This document shows positions 10,341 through 19,842 of a DNA stretch of 64,000 nt, piece after piece. Within the stretch, counting starts at the first letter, position 1, and each line of letters opens with the position of its first letter. Made by a program: the position numbers and the translations under genes. The stretch comes from an uncultured Gemmatimonadaceae bacterium (GTDB lineage Bacteria; Gemmatimonadota; Gemmatimonadetes; Gemmatimonadales; Gemmatimonadaceae), in the NCBI GenBank assembly GCA_963740355.1, contig CAVUDW010000002.1:1664001-1728000 (forward strand), read 5' to 3'. A model generated the notes under the pieces. That model did not search any database. It saw only the letters and a list, made by a program, of their open reading frames with translations, and had not been told where the DNA came from.

Positions 10341-11270
10341 ATGCGCAAGTTTCAGGTGGTCATGGCCACCGTTGGATTGATGGCCTGCTCGAGCGGTCTG
10401 CGCCCTCGCGCCGACGTCGCGAGTGCCTCTGCAGGTGCGGACGAACAGTCCGTCCCGCTTCTCGAAGTTGACCGCCGTCTCGGTGCTGCCGCCGCGACGA
10501 AACCGATGCTGGAAGGACTGGCCTCGATGCTCGCGCCCGATGCAATGTCGCCAGCTTCAGGCCTCGGACTCCTCGACGGGCGCGACACGATTCTCGCGAC
10601 ATTCGCTCGTGACACCCTCAACGCGACATCGCGGGTGCGATGGGTGCCCGTGCGCGCGGGCGTCTCGGCCGACGGCTCACATGGCGTCACCATCGGTCTG
10701 CTGACTGTCACACGAAGCACCGGGGTGACTCAGGAGTACAAGTATCTGGCGTACTGGGTTCGCGCGGCCGATGGATGGCGGGTACAGGTATGGCGTCGCA
10801 CGCCGCGCGCGGCTGGCGTCACCAGCGCGACCAGCGAAGCGCCGTGGCTTCCGTATTACGGTGGCTCGCCGCCCCGCATGCTCAGCGGTGCGGCACTTGA
10901 TAGCGCGCGCCGTCAGCTCATGGGCATGGAGACCCTCTTTTCCGATTCAGCAAAACGCATCGGCCTCGGGCCAGCCTTCCTTGCATTTGGTGCCGCCGAC
11001 GCGATGCACCTCGGCGGACCGCAGAGCCCGGACCTGATTCGTGGCAACGTGGCGATTGCGCGGTCGGTGCAGGGTGATGGGCCGGCGAGTGCGAGTCCCG
11101 TCACATGGAGCGCCGAGCGTGCGCTGATCGCGCCAAGCGGCGACCTCGGCGTGACACTTGGATACATCGTGCCGAATGGCGCCGGAACGGCAGGCAATCC
11201 ACCGCGACGCATCCCGTTCTTCACCGTATGGCGCCGCGACGCGGCGGGGTGGAAGTACATCGCCGAATGA
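10341..11270 (+). CDS. Lipoprotein with two NTF2/SnoaL-like (DUF4440-type) domains
   Basis: Lipobox LMAC; duplicated motifs VSADGSHGVTIG...YLAYWVR..DGWR and IAPSGDLGVTLG...FFTVWRR...GWK. Confidence 0.8.
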   Translation: MRKFQVVMATVGLMACSSGLRPRADVASASAGADEQSVPLLEVDRRLGAAAATKPMLEGLASMLAPDAMSPASGLGLLDGRDTILATFARDTLNATSRVRWVPVRAGVSADGSHGVTIGLLTVTRSTGVTQEYKYLAYWVRAADGWRVQVWRRTPRAAGVTSATSEAPWLPYYGGSPPRMLSGAALDSARRQLMGMETLFSDSAKRIGLGPAFLAFGAADAMHLGGPQSPDLIRGNVAIARSVQGDGPASASPVTWSAERALIAPSGDLGVTLGYIVPNGAGTAGNPPRRIPFFTVWRRDAAGWKYIAE

Positions 11271-11329
11271 GCGACGCGTGATCCGGGACACCGAATCGGA
11301 TGGCGACAGCGACTGAAAGTCCGCCGAAG

Positions 11330-11394
11330 TCGGTGACATTTTTTCCGGTGACAGTGCACTCAATCATCGAAATGAGTGCACTGTCACCGGTTTT
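11330..11394. repeat. Palindrome family A, copy 4
   Basis: 18-bp arms 11345-11362 / 11373-11390, loop atcatcgaaa; partial tcggtgaca at 11330. Confidence 0.95.
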
Positions 11395-11403
11395 GCCTAC
11401 CGC

Positions 11404-12030
11404 TCACCGCGGCGGGCGTCCCTTGATCGGAATCGACAGGCCCGCCGCCGCTTTCGGCGCGGCACGCAGGGATTCATTTGTCAGCTCAATGCGTGTGCCC
11501 GCCATCGCGCGCGCCGCCCGTCCGGGGAGCTGGCAGCTGATGCCCGTCCCGATGACGTACTGACCAGACAGTTCGGCCGGCAGGTCGACGAACCCGGTCG
11601 ACTTTCCGCTGAGGAAGCCGTTACGCTGCGGCGTCGGCGCAAGCGCGAGCGGAGCGGTCGGCTGAATCGGTGTGACATGCAGACGCCCGGGGCTATCCTC
11701 GACACCGACCTTCGCGATGGTCATCCCAAGCTGCGGGCTGGTACAGGTGGCCGGTACGGTGTAGCTGACGCTGAGCGTGACGCGCGCGGCCTTCGACAGG
11801 CGGAACACCTTGAGGGACGGCGTTTCGCTCACGAGCGTCAGCGCAGATGCATCTGGCGTGGACAGGGAGGCGACACTGGTCACCCCGCCGCACCCATTCG
11901 TCGGGTTCGCACACTCGATGTTGCCCTGCGCGTGCGCGACGGTGACCGTGCCGGCCAGCAAGAGCGTGACGAGTATGCCAATACGCGGCGCGGCGTTACC
12001 GCATGAAATAGTCAGCGCGGTCAGCGCCAT
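11404..12030 (-). CDS. Secreted hypothetical protein, paralog of 12078-12719
   Basis: RBS gaggag, signal peptide ending AHA-Q, paired Cys, C-terminal GLSIPIK. Confidence 0.7.
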   Translation of the reverse strand: MALTALTISCGNAAPRIGILVTLLLAGTVTVAHAQGNIECANPTNGCGGVTSVASLSTPDASALTLVSETPSLKVFRLSKAARVTLSVSYTVPATCTSPQLGMTIAKVGVEDSPGRLHVTPIQPTAPLALAPTPQRNGFLSGKSTGFVDLPAELSGQYVIGTGISCQLPGRAARAMAGTRIELTNESLRAAPKAAAGLSIPIKGRPPR

Positions 12031-12077
12031 GATGCACTCCTCGAGAGATGGGGAAATGGACAACGTGGCGGCAGCGA

Positions 12078-12719
12078 TCAGTCGAGCGGTGGAATCGGCG
12101 CACGTGGCTTGATCGGAATCGCAAGACCGTCGCGCGCCTTCGTCGGAGCGGCGAATGGGATGTCCACCCTGACCAACGTGTACGTGTTGATCTTCAGGCG
12201 CTGCGCCTGCGCGGGCATCTGACAGGAGAACTCGGCGGCATAGGCGTATTCGCCGGTCAGGCCGGCCGCGAACTTCACCGGGAACATCTTCCAGCCGTCC
12301 GCCACCTCGGGACGCGTCGCGTTGGCTGTCAGGGGATACGGCAGGTTCGCCGCGATGGTCTCGATCTTCGGCCGTCCGGCGGCATCGACGACACCAGCCT
12401 TTGAGCTGGTGATCGTGACACGCGGGTCGTAGCAGGCCTTCAGACCGTTGACCAGCATCCTGATTTCGATCGCCGCCGGCTCCGTCAGGCGATAGGTCCG
12501 CGTGGTCTCGACGGGATTCGTCGCCTCCAGGTTCGACTTCGAGACCTGACCCAACGAGAGCGACACACAGATCTGCTGTGAACACGACCTGCCGACAGTC
12601 GACTGGGCACCGGCAGCATTCGCGCCGAGCAGGCTCAGGGCGGCCGTCGTCGCAGCGACGCGTGGCGCGCTCCCTGCACGGTCGCGCACGGAACGGAATA
12701 CGCGAAACGCGATCGCCAT
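12078..12719 (-). CDS. Secreted hypothetical protein, paralog of 11404-12030
   Basis: Signal peptide ending AGA-Q, paired Cys, C-terminal GLAIPIK; start uncertain. Confidence 0.7.
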   Translation of the reverse strand: MAIAFRVFRSVRDRAGSAPRVAATTAALSLLGANAAGAQSTVGRSCSQQICVSLSLGQVSKSNLEATNPVETTRTYRLTEPAAIEIRMLVNGLKACYDPRVTITSSKAGVVDAAGRPKIETIAANLPYPLTANATRPEVADGWKMFPVKFAAGLTGEYAYAAEFSCQMPAQAQRLKINTYTLVRVDIPFAAPTKARDGLAIPIKPRAPIPPLD

Positions 12720-12798
12720 TGGGCACTCGGGGCACGGGAAAGCCGGTCGATGGGCCACGACCGGCTTCGAAAGAGACGCCCAAGCTCGCCGGTTGTTC

Positions 12799-13974
12799 TC
12801 ACTGCGCTGCGGCAGACCGCGGCCCACCGCAGGCGACCGGTGACTCGATTTCGTGCGCGCAGATCACCCGGGCGCGGCCCTCCGCCTTGGCTCGATACAG
12901 TGCCAGGTCGGCCTGCTTGAGCGCGCTGGTCAGATGATCGGGATGTGCGCACTCGGCCACTCCGGCGGAGAAGCTCACCCGGAGCCCCGGGGCAAAATCG
13001 TCGAATGACATGCAGTGCATCCGCGCTTGCAGACGTGCCAAGAGGGACTTTGCGCTCTCGAGGTCACCGGCCGGCAGGGCGATCAGAAACTCTTCGCCGC
13101 CCCACCGCGCAAACAGGTCGCCAGCGCGTGCTTCCAGCTCGGATGCACGCGCGAAACGTTGCAGCACGGCGTCGCCTGCAGCATGGCCGTATCGGTCGTT
13201 GACCTGCTTGAAGTGGTCCAGATCCAGGAGTGCCAGCACCATGGGTGGCGGCTCGGTGCGCTGGCGAAGCGTCAGCGCACCGAGCAGACGGTCGCCAGCA
13301 GCCCGGCGGTTGAGCAAGCCCGTCAGTTCGTCTCGCTCGGCCAGTTCGCGGTTGCGCTCCAGTGCCGCCGACAGCTGTGCGTGCTGTTGATGCAGGCGCT
13401 CGCGCATGTGGGTGATCCGCCGCGCCAGTACCGCTATTGCGGACAGCACGATCACGGCGAACACGAAGTGCATCAGTTCTACGCGTGGGTCGTAACGTGC
13501 GGGATCTGTCCACGCCTTGAACATCATCACGGATGCCAGCATGGCGGCGCATGTGACAGCCATCATACGCGCCTGGCCTGCGCTGAGCGCAATAACGCCA
13601 TAGAGCATCACCGGCACCGTGATGAGTATCACGGCACCGCGCGCCGGTCCGGTGATCGCATAACTCCAGCTGATGGCCTACATCGCCCACACAGACTGGG
13701 GAATCGAGAACGAAGCGTCACCAGATTTGACGAGGCGCCGATTGGCTCCACTGCGAATGAGCGCGTAGAATCCTATGCCCCCCGCGAGGCAGAAGACCGA
13801 CAGGGGCCACGAATCATCGAAGTCGATCAAGCCCACCATCACTTCGATATGCTGTACGACCGCGAACACCGCGTACACGAGCAACACCGTCAGCGTTTGC
13901 ACGACGACAAAGCGTTGGCGTCGCTCGACGCCGAGCACTGCGTCCGCAACGCGGGTGGTCGAGGGCAATCTCAC
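12799..13974 (-). pseudogene. Membrane diguanylate cyclase interrupted by an in-frame TAG at 13678-13680
   Basis: ORFs 13678..13974 and 12799..13632 share a frame (QSVWAM*AISWSYAITGPARG); DELTGLLNRR, DLDHFKQVNDRYGH, RWGGEEF. Confidence 0.85.
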
Positions 13975-14073
13975 CTAGCGTATATCGGCCGCTCGCGGAA
14001 ATTCTTCAGTGAGGGCCGGGCGGTCTCGGGACGTCTGCCGGCATCGCCGCGCGCCACGATGGCGCGCATCCTC

Positions 14074-14117
14074 GACGAATGCGGTGACAGACGAATGCGG
14101 TGACAGTGCACTCATTC
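14074..14117 (+). repeat. Palindrome family A half-site with a 16-bp tandem duplication
   Basis: gacgaatgcggtgaca-gacgaatgcggtgaca-gtgcactcattc; no right arm. Confidence 0.85.
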
Positions 14118-14401
14118 TTCAAGGCGGGGCATCCCTCGACCTCGTCAACCACCGTCGCGGTGAGGTGCGGGGCACAGCGGCACCATACGCAATCGGGCAA
14201 ACCGCGACAGCAGCAGGCCTGCGCAAAGCACGACTCCATGAAATCACCGCTTCTTGGCAAGCTGTGACATCGGATGTATAGATGATCAACGCCAGCGTGC
14301 CAAACTCAGGCTGCCTGGTGTCCTACCCACTCGTGTTCCTGCACGAGGGTACGGATGCGCGTCGAAGCTCCCCATTCGGCCAGGGATCGGGATCAGTCCC
14401 C

Positions 14402-17314
14402 ATGCAAACGTGTCGGGTCTTGCGCTATCGTGTCGTCCGTCTGGCGACACTCCTTGCAATCGTCTTTCTCGGTGCGCCCGCTGGCGCGCAGACGCCGACG
14501 GTGCGCGATACCACCGCGATCCGGAAAGAGCTGGCAGCTGCACGAGATGCCAATCGCATCCCCTTGCTGCTCGAGCTGGGCGAACGGCAGCGGGACCAGC
14601 CCACCGACGCCCTCACGAGCACAGCGGAAGCGCTGGCTTTGCTCGCCGCACATCCCGCGATCAGGGACGAGATCCGTGTGCGAATCGCGAGAAGTTATGC
14701 ATTGCAGGCCCTTGGCAGATATCCGGAGGCGCTCGACGAGGCCGCGCGGGCGGAACGTCTCGGGAATGATGCAACTGATGACCGGCTCCTCGCCGATGCG
14801 TGCTATCAGTTGTCAATCGTCCAGTGGCGCATGTCGAGTTACGATGCTGCACTCGTCAATGCCGAGCGCGCGCGAATGCTCCTGCTGCCCCACGGCGCGT
14901 CGCCTGCCCTCGCTCGGACGCTGTCACACATCGGCGCGATCCACTACAACCAGAGCGAGCTCGCTGAGGCGCTCGAGAGCTATCTGGCGTCGCTCCAGAT
15001 GAGCGAGGGACTCGGCGACGAGATCGCCGTCGCGCGCGTGCACAACAACATCGGCCTCGTCTATCTCGACCTCGGACGTAACCAGGAAGCGTACAATACG
15101 CTCATGCGTGCGCTCGCCATTCATGAGCGACTCGGACCGCGCCACAATCTCACGAACACCCTCAACAACGTCGGGCTGGCCCTGATTCAACTCGGACGTC
15201 CCCGCGAGGCACTCCCGTATCTCGAGCGGGCACTGCGCAACGACCGCGAGTCGGGGGACCTGTATGGTCAGGCGAAGGACCTGAGCAACATCGGAGGAGT
15301 GCACGAAGGATTGAAGGCGTGGTCGAGGGCGATCGAATTTCATCAGCAGGCACTCGCATTGCGCGAGCGCATCGGCGACAAGGACGGACTCACTCGCACA
15401 CTAGGTGCCCTCGCGGAGATCCGGATGCGCCAGGGAGACGCGAAGGGCGCGATTCCGATCTTCGAGCGGTCGATCGCACTCGCCGCCGAGATCAACGCCC
15501 GGCGCGATGAGGCGGAGCAGCTGGCACTGCTCGCCGAGGCGCGCGCAACTGCGGGTGATTCGGCCGGCGCCTATCGCACGTATCGGCGCTTTCATGCACT
15601 TGAGGCGACGTTGGCAGACAGCGCCTCGCGTCGGCAGACCGCCGATCTCGAAGCGCGCTACCAGACGCGCGAGCGTCAACGGGAACTCGACGCGCTCCGG
15701 ACGCTGGCAGAGTCGCGCAAGGCTCGGCTCACCTGGCTCGTGATCGGGAGTGTGTCCCTCGCATTCTGTCTCGCCTTGCTGGGGATCGTGTTCGTGATGC
15801 GCGCACGGGCGCAGCGGGCCATCGCGGAATCGGAGGAGCGTTATCGCGCGTTGTTCCAGACATCCACGGTGCCCCTGATCCTCGTGGACGTGGCAACGCA
15901 GGAACTCATCGATCTCAACGCACCTGCACAGACACTGTGCGGGACCTCTTTCTCTACGAGCGCGCTGAAGATTACTGACGTCGAGCCAGCCTGGCTGGCG
16001 GAGGCGCTCGGCCGATTGTTCGACGGAGGGAGGATCCGCGAAGGGGCGGTCGACACGTCATGGGACGATGTCGAAGGACGTCAGCGCCGCTCTGAGGTCG
16101 GCGGTGCCGCAGTCGCACTCGGTGGCCGGCGTTGTGCGCTCGTGACCGTACGCGATGTGACGGAGGTGCGCCGCGAGGAGGAGACGCGGCAGCGGGAGGA
16201 CAAGCTGCAGTCGCTCGGCGTGCTCGCGGGTGGCATTGCGCACGACTTCAACAATGCCCTCATGGTGATCATGGGGCATGTGACGCTGGCCAGGGAGGCC
16301 ACGCCCAGTGAGCGACTGGAGATGCTGCAGGATGCGCAACAGGCGGTGATGGGGGCCAGCCGCCTCACCGCACAGCTGCTTGCGTTTTCAAGGGGAGGCC
16401 AGCCGAAGAGAGAGACCACGGACATCGGAAGGATGCTGCGCGATACCGTCGCCATGGCCGGTGCCGGCTCGCGGATGCGGGTCGAACTCGACGTGCCGGA
16501 CACGCTCTGGCATGCCAACGTGGACGCGGGGCAGTTCAGCCAGGTCGTGGCCAACATCGTCATCAACGCCAAGCAGGCCACCGGCGACGGCGGGCATCTG
16601 ACAGTGCGTGCGCGGAATCATTCCGGCGAATTGCCGGACGGTGCTGGCATCACGGCCGTTGCGCACGATCAGCGCTATGTGCGCATCGACTTCGCTGACA
16701 ACGGCGGCGGCATTCCGGATGCCATTCGGCATCGTGTGTTCGATCCGTACTTCACGACACGGGCGCGTGGCAGCGGACTCGGACTGGCCACCGCGTTCGC
16801 GATCTGCCGCAATCACGGTGGTGCGCTCACCTTCGACTCGCACGCCGGCGAGGGGACGACGTTCAGCGCATTCTTCCCTGCGTCGCACGACCGCGCCGAG
16901 ACAGTGGTCATCGCACCGTCGGCGGAGCCGGATGGCATCGGGTCCATTCTCGTCCTCGACGACGAGCCACCCGTCCGCCGCATTCTGCAGCGCATGCTCG
17001 AAAAGTGGGGTTACGAAGTGGAGGTGGTCGCCGACGGCAGCACGGCGGTGCAGCGCTACGTGGAGCGGATGCAGGCCGGACGGAAATTCGACCTCCTGAT
17101 CATGGACCTGACGATTCCGGGCGGGATGGGCGGTCGACAGGCGATGGCCGAGATCCTGCGGCACGATCCGAGTGCGCGCGCGATCGTGGCGAGCGGTTAT
17201 TCCGACGATCCGACGATGGCGGATTTTCGCGCGGCGGGGTTCGTCGCAGCGCTCACCAAGCCGTTTCAGAGCGAGGATTTGGGGAGGGCGGTGCAGGCGG
17301 CGATGGCGTCATAA
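14402..17314 (+). CDS. Hybrid sensor histidine kinase: TPR sensor, TM, PAS, HisKA, HATPase, REC
   Basis: NNIGLVY/NNVGLAL TPRs; AGGIAHDFNN; DNGGG, PYFTT, GSGLGL; ILVLDDE, MDLTIPG, KPF. Confidence 0.92.
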   Translation: MQTCRVLRYRVVRLATLLAIVFLGAPAGAQTPTVRDTTAIRKELAAARDANRIPLLLELGERQRDQPTDALTSTAEALALLAAHPAIRDEIRVRIARSYALQALGRYPEALDEAARAERLGNDATDDRLLADACYQLSIVQWRMSSYDAALVNAERARMLLLPHGASPALARTLSHIGAIHYNQSELAEALESYLASLQMSEGLGDEIAVARVHNNIGLVYLDLGRNQEAYNTLMRALAIHERLGPRHNLTNTLNNVGLALIQLGRPREALPYLERALRNDRESGDLYGQAKDLSNIGGVHEGLKAWSRAIEFHQQALALRERIGDKDGLTRTLGALAEIRMRQGDAKGAIPIFERSIALAAEINARRDEAEQLALLAEARATAGDSAGAYRTYRRFHALEATLADSASRRQTADLEARYQTRERQRELDALRTLAESRKARLTWLVIGSVSLAFCLALLGIVFVMRARAQRAIAESEERYRALFQTSTVPLILVDVATQELIDLNAPAQTLCGTSFSTSALKITDVEPAWLAEALGRLFDGGRIREGAVDTSWDDVEGRQRRSEVGGAAVALGGRRCALVTVRDVTEVRREEETRQREDKLQSLGVLAGGIAHDFNNALMVIMGHVTLAREATPSERLEMLQDAQQAVMGASRLTAQLLAFSRGGQPKRETTDIGRMLRDTVAMAGAGSRMRVELDVPDTLWHANVDAGQFSQVVANIVINAKQATGDGGHLTVRARNHSGELPDGAGITAVAHDQRYVRIDFADNGGGIPDAIRHRVFDPYFTTRARGSGLGLATAFAICRNHGGALTFDSHAGEGTTFSAFFPASHDRAETVVIAPSAEPDGIGSILVLDDEPPVRRILQRMLEKWGYEVEVVADGSTAVQRYVERMQAGRKFDLLIMDLTIPGGMGGRQAMAEILRHDPSARAIVASGYSDDPTMADFRAAGFVAALTKPFQSEDLGRAVQAAMAS

Positions 17315-18055
17315 CGTCACGACGACGGGCCCCTGCTTGGTCGCGACGACCGTGTGCTCGTACTGGACGCACCGCGCTGCCGGACGGGCGACCAGCGTCC
17401 AGCCGTCATCGCCGCGGTCCTCAGCGAACCGGCCGCCCAGCGACAGGAACGGCTCGACGGTCAGCACCAGACCGTCGGCGATGGTCCGGCGCTCTGAGCG
17501 GTCGGGCCAGGTGGGGATCTCGGCGGGCTCATCGTGGAGGCTGTCGCCGACCCCGTGGCTCGCAAGATTTTCGATCAGCGTATAGCGATGGCGACGGGCA
17601 AAGGCGCCGATCGCATCGCCGATGTCGGCGAGCTTGCCGCCCGATCGCACGGCACGGATGCCCTCCCACATCGCGCGCTTGCCGTCACGGCAGAGCGCTG
17701 CGAGCTGCGGCGCGGCCTCCGGCACCAGATAGGAGGCTCCGGTATCTGCGAAAATCCCGTCGAGCTCGGCCGAGACATCGATATTCACTAGATCTCCCGC
17801 CGCGATCACGCGCGCTCCTGGGATGCCGTGGGCGATCTCTTCGTTTACCGAAATGCAGGTTGCGCCCGGAAAGCCGTACGTGATCCGGGGCGCCGAACGG
17901 GCGCCATGCGCGTCGAGGAAGGCGTTGCCGATGGCGTCGAGCTCACCGGTGGTGATCCCCGGACGCAGCGCGTAGGCCATGGCATCTCGCGCCAAGGCAC
18001 AGACCCGGCCGACCGCCTTCAGGCGGTCGAGCTGATTTTCGCTGCTGATGGTCAT
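17309..18055 (-). CDS. map: Type I methionine aminopeptidase
   Basis: CISVNEEIAHGIP, DLVNIDVS, DG.FADT, HGVG..LHDEP, TVEP, QYEHT. Confidence 0.95.
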   Translation of the reverse strand: MTISSENQLDRLKAVGRVCALARDAMAYALRPGITTGELDAIGNAFLDAHGARSAPRITYGFPGATCISVNEEIAHGIPGARVIAAGDLVNIDVSAELDGIFADTGASYLVPEAAPQLAALCRDGKRAMWEGIRAVRSGGKLADIGDAIGAFARRHRYTLIENLASHGVGDSLHDEPAEIPTWPDRSERRTIADGLVLTVEPFLSLGGRFAEDRGDDGWTLVARPAARCVQYEHTVVATKQGPVVVTL

Positions 18056-18090
18056 TCGGGCATCCCGAGCACCTTGGATTCATGGCGCGG

Positions 18091-19125
18091 TCAGCGCCTC
18101 GTAGCGTCGGCGGGCTTCCCAGGCGGTGGGAACACAGGGCCTGCCGAGTCCTGCGGCGTAGGAACCGACAGGTCGATGCGATCGTGCAGGAAAACCAACT
18201 GATCGAAGTAATGCGCCGCCGTGAGGCGATGCCCGGACTCGTACCACCGAATCTGTGTGCCGCGCGGCGCGGCGGCGTGGAAGCTCCGCGCGACGTGCGG
18301 GAGGACCGCTTCGTCCTGCGTGTTGTTCTGCAGAAAGATCTTTTGCCCATCGGCGCGAGGGAAGTACGTCGTGCCGGAGACAGGCTCCATCGCCGCGACC
18401 CAGCGGTCGCGCTGAACGGCGGGAATGGAAGTGAGTGGTCCGACCAGCGCGCCCTGCGGATCCCGGAAATGCGCGACGAACCCGAGGTCTCCAACGGCGA
18501 GTACATACGCGGCCAGGCGCGGTTCGACGCCAGCGAGCACCGCACCCATCGCGCCGCCGTAACTGATCCCAACGTACGCCACACGCGCGGAGTCCACGTC
18601 CGGCCGGGCGCTGAGAATGTCCACAAGCCTGCGGAGATCCACGATCGTCTGCACCTGTTCGACGGAATCGCGCACCGTGAAGCTCAGCGGCTCGCGAAAA
18701 TTCCGGCGGGCAAACGCGGCATCGATGCCGATGACGATGGCGCCCTTCTTCGCGAAGAAATTCCCACGCGGTCCCAGATTGTCGCTATTGCCAGGCGCGC
18801 CGTGGCCAAAGAGAATGGCCGCGTATTTGCGCGCGGGGACCGATCCCGCGGGCCTGAACATCTTGCCGGTCACGCGACCACCGAGCGGGCTGGCGAAGCT
18901 GATGACGTACTCGTCAACGCCCTCCGAACTTCGCACGAGCGAATCCCGCCACTCAGCGGGTGTGCGCGCGTCGTAGGCGAACGGGGATGTGCTTGCGGGC
19001 GCTGGCGATACCGACTGCGCGTCGATGGGTGCGGGTAGGCTCAGCCAGAGCGCAGCGTGGAGAACCGATAGCGCTTTCGCGAGGAGGACTACGTTTGTGT
19101 CGCGGTATCCATCCTTGAGTCGCAT
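18091..19125 (-). CDS. Secreted alpha/beta hydrolase (esterase/dienelactone hydrolase-like)
   Basis: RPDVDSARVAYVGISYGG nucleophile elbow; DEAV; WYESGH. Confidence 0.85.
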   Translation of the reverse strand: MRLKDGYRDTNVVLLAKALSVLHAALWLSLPAPIDAQSVSPAPASTSPFAYDARTPAEWRDSLVRSSEGVDEYVISFASPLGGRVTGKMFRPAGSVPARKYAAILFGHGAPGNSDNLGPRGNFFAKKGAIVIGIDAAFARRNFREPLSFTVRDSVEQVQTIVDLRRLVDILSARPDVDSARVAYVGISYGGAMGAVLAGVEPRLAAYVLAVGDLGFVAHFRDPQGALVGPLTSIPAVQRDRWVAAMEPVSGTTYFPRADGQKIFLQNNTQDEAVLPHVARSFHAAAPRGTQIRWYESGHRLTAAHYFDQLVFLHDRIDLSVPTPQDSAGPVFPPPGKPADATRR

Positions 19126-19307
19126 GTCCTAATGCCTCTTTGGGTTGCTCGTGTGATGCGGCGTCCGCCAAAAAGGTTGCTCGACTTGGTGCGCTGGAAG
19201 CGGATCGACGGTCGCGTTGGTCAGGCTCTTCGTTGTAGCCTACGCCAACCTCGCGGGCAGTCCTGCTCCGCGGCACATCAACGCGACTCGCTTCTTCCGG
19301 ACAAAAA

Positions 19308-19724
19308 ATGACTGGTGACCTCCTCAGCAACTCCCTCACCGGGATCGTCGCGCACATGGTCCACCTCGGCATCGCGGCAGCAGCGGTTCTGGTGTTCGCG
19401 GCCATCTACCTCATGATGACACCGCATCGCGAAATCTCCCTGATCCGGCAGGGCAACTCTGCCGCCGCGATCTCACTCAGCGGGGCGATACTCGGCTACA
19501 CCATACCGCTGGCGAAGGCGGTGGCACAGAGTGAGAGTATCCAGGAGATGCTGCTCTGGAGCGGCGTGGCATTGGTGGCGCAACTCATCGCCTATGGCAT
19601 CGGTCGGCTGGTCCTCCCACAGTTGTCAGCGCACGTGAGCGAAGGGAAGACGGCGTCGGCCATTCTCCTCGCTGCCATCGCTGTCGCCGTCGGCCTGCTC
19701 AATTCGGCGGCGATGACCGCATAG
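19308..19724 (+). CDS. DUF350 (YjfL-like) membrane protein
   Basis: IY..MTPHREISLIRQGNSAAAISLSGAILG...GLLNSAAMT. Confidence 0.9.
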   Translation: MTGDLLSNSLTGIVAHMVHLGIAAAAVLVFAAIYLMMTPHREISLIRQGNSAAAISLSGAILGYTIPLAKAVAQSESIQEMLLWSGVALVAQLIAYGIGRLVLPQLSAHVSEGKTASAILLAAIAVAVGLLNSAAMTA

Positions 19725-19782
19725 TCGGACGCGTCGTGTCGTGAGCGCGCCGCTCCGGCACCCGGCCTGACCTGCATTACCA

Positions 19783-19842
19783 ACGTCAGTTACGTCAACA
19801 ACATCAGCTACATCAGTACATCACAGACCAGCTACATCAACA
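19783..19842. repeat. Degenerate ~9-nt tandem repeat (ACRTCA core), 7 units
   Basis: acgtcagtt acgtcaaca acatcagct acatcagt acatcacag accagct acatcaaca. Confidence 0.75.

Noticed and set aside
13678..13680. Pyrrolysine or genome-wide TAG recoding
   Set aside because: TAG ends many intact genes here (for example 1715, 32123, 59432), and no pyl genes or suppressor tRNA were seen.
19126..19307. Structured leader upstream of DUF350
   Set aside because: Only a 9-bp pairing (gtcgcgttg/caacgcgac) and no recognisable riboswitch motif.
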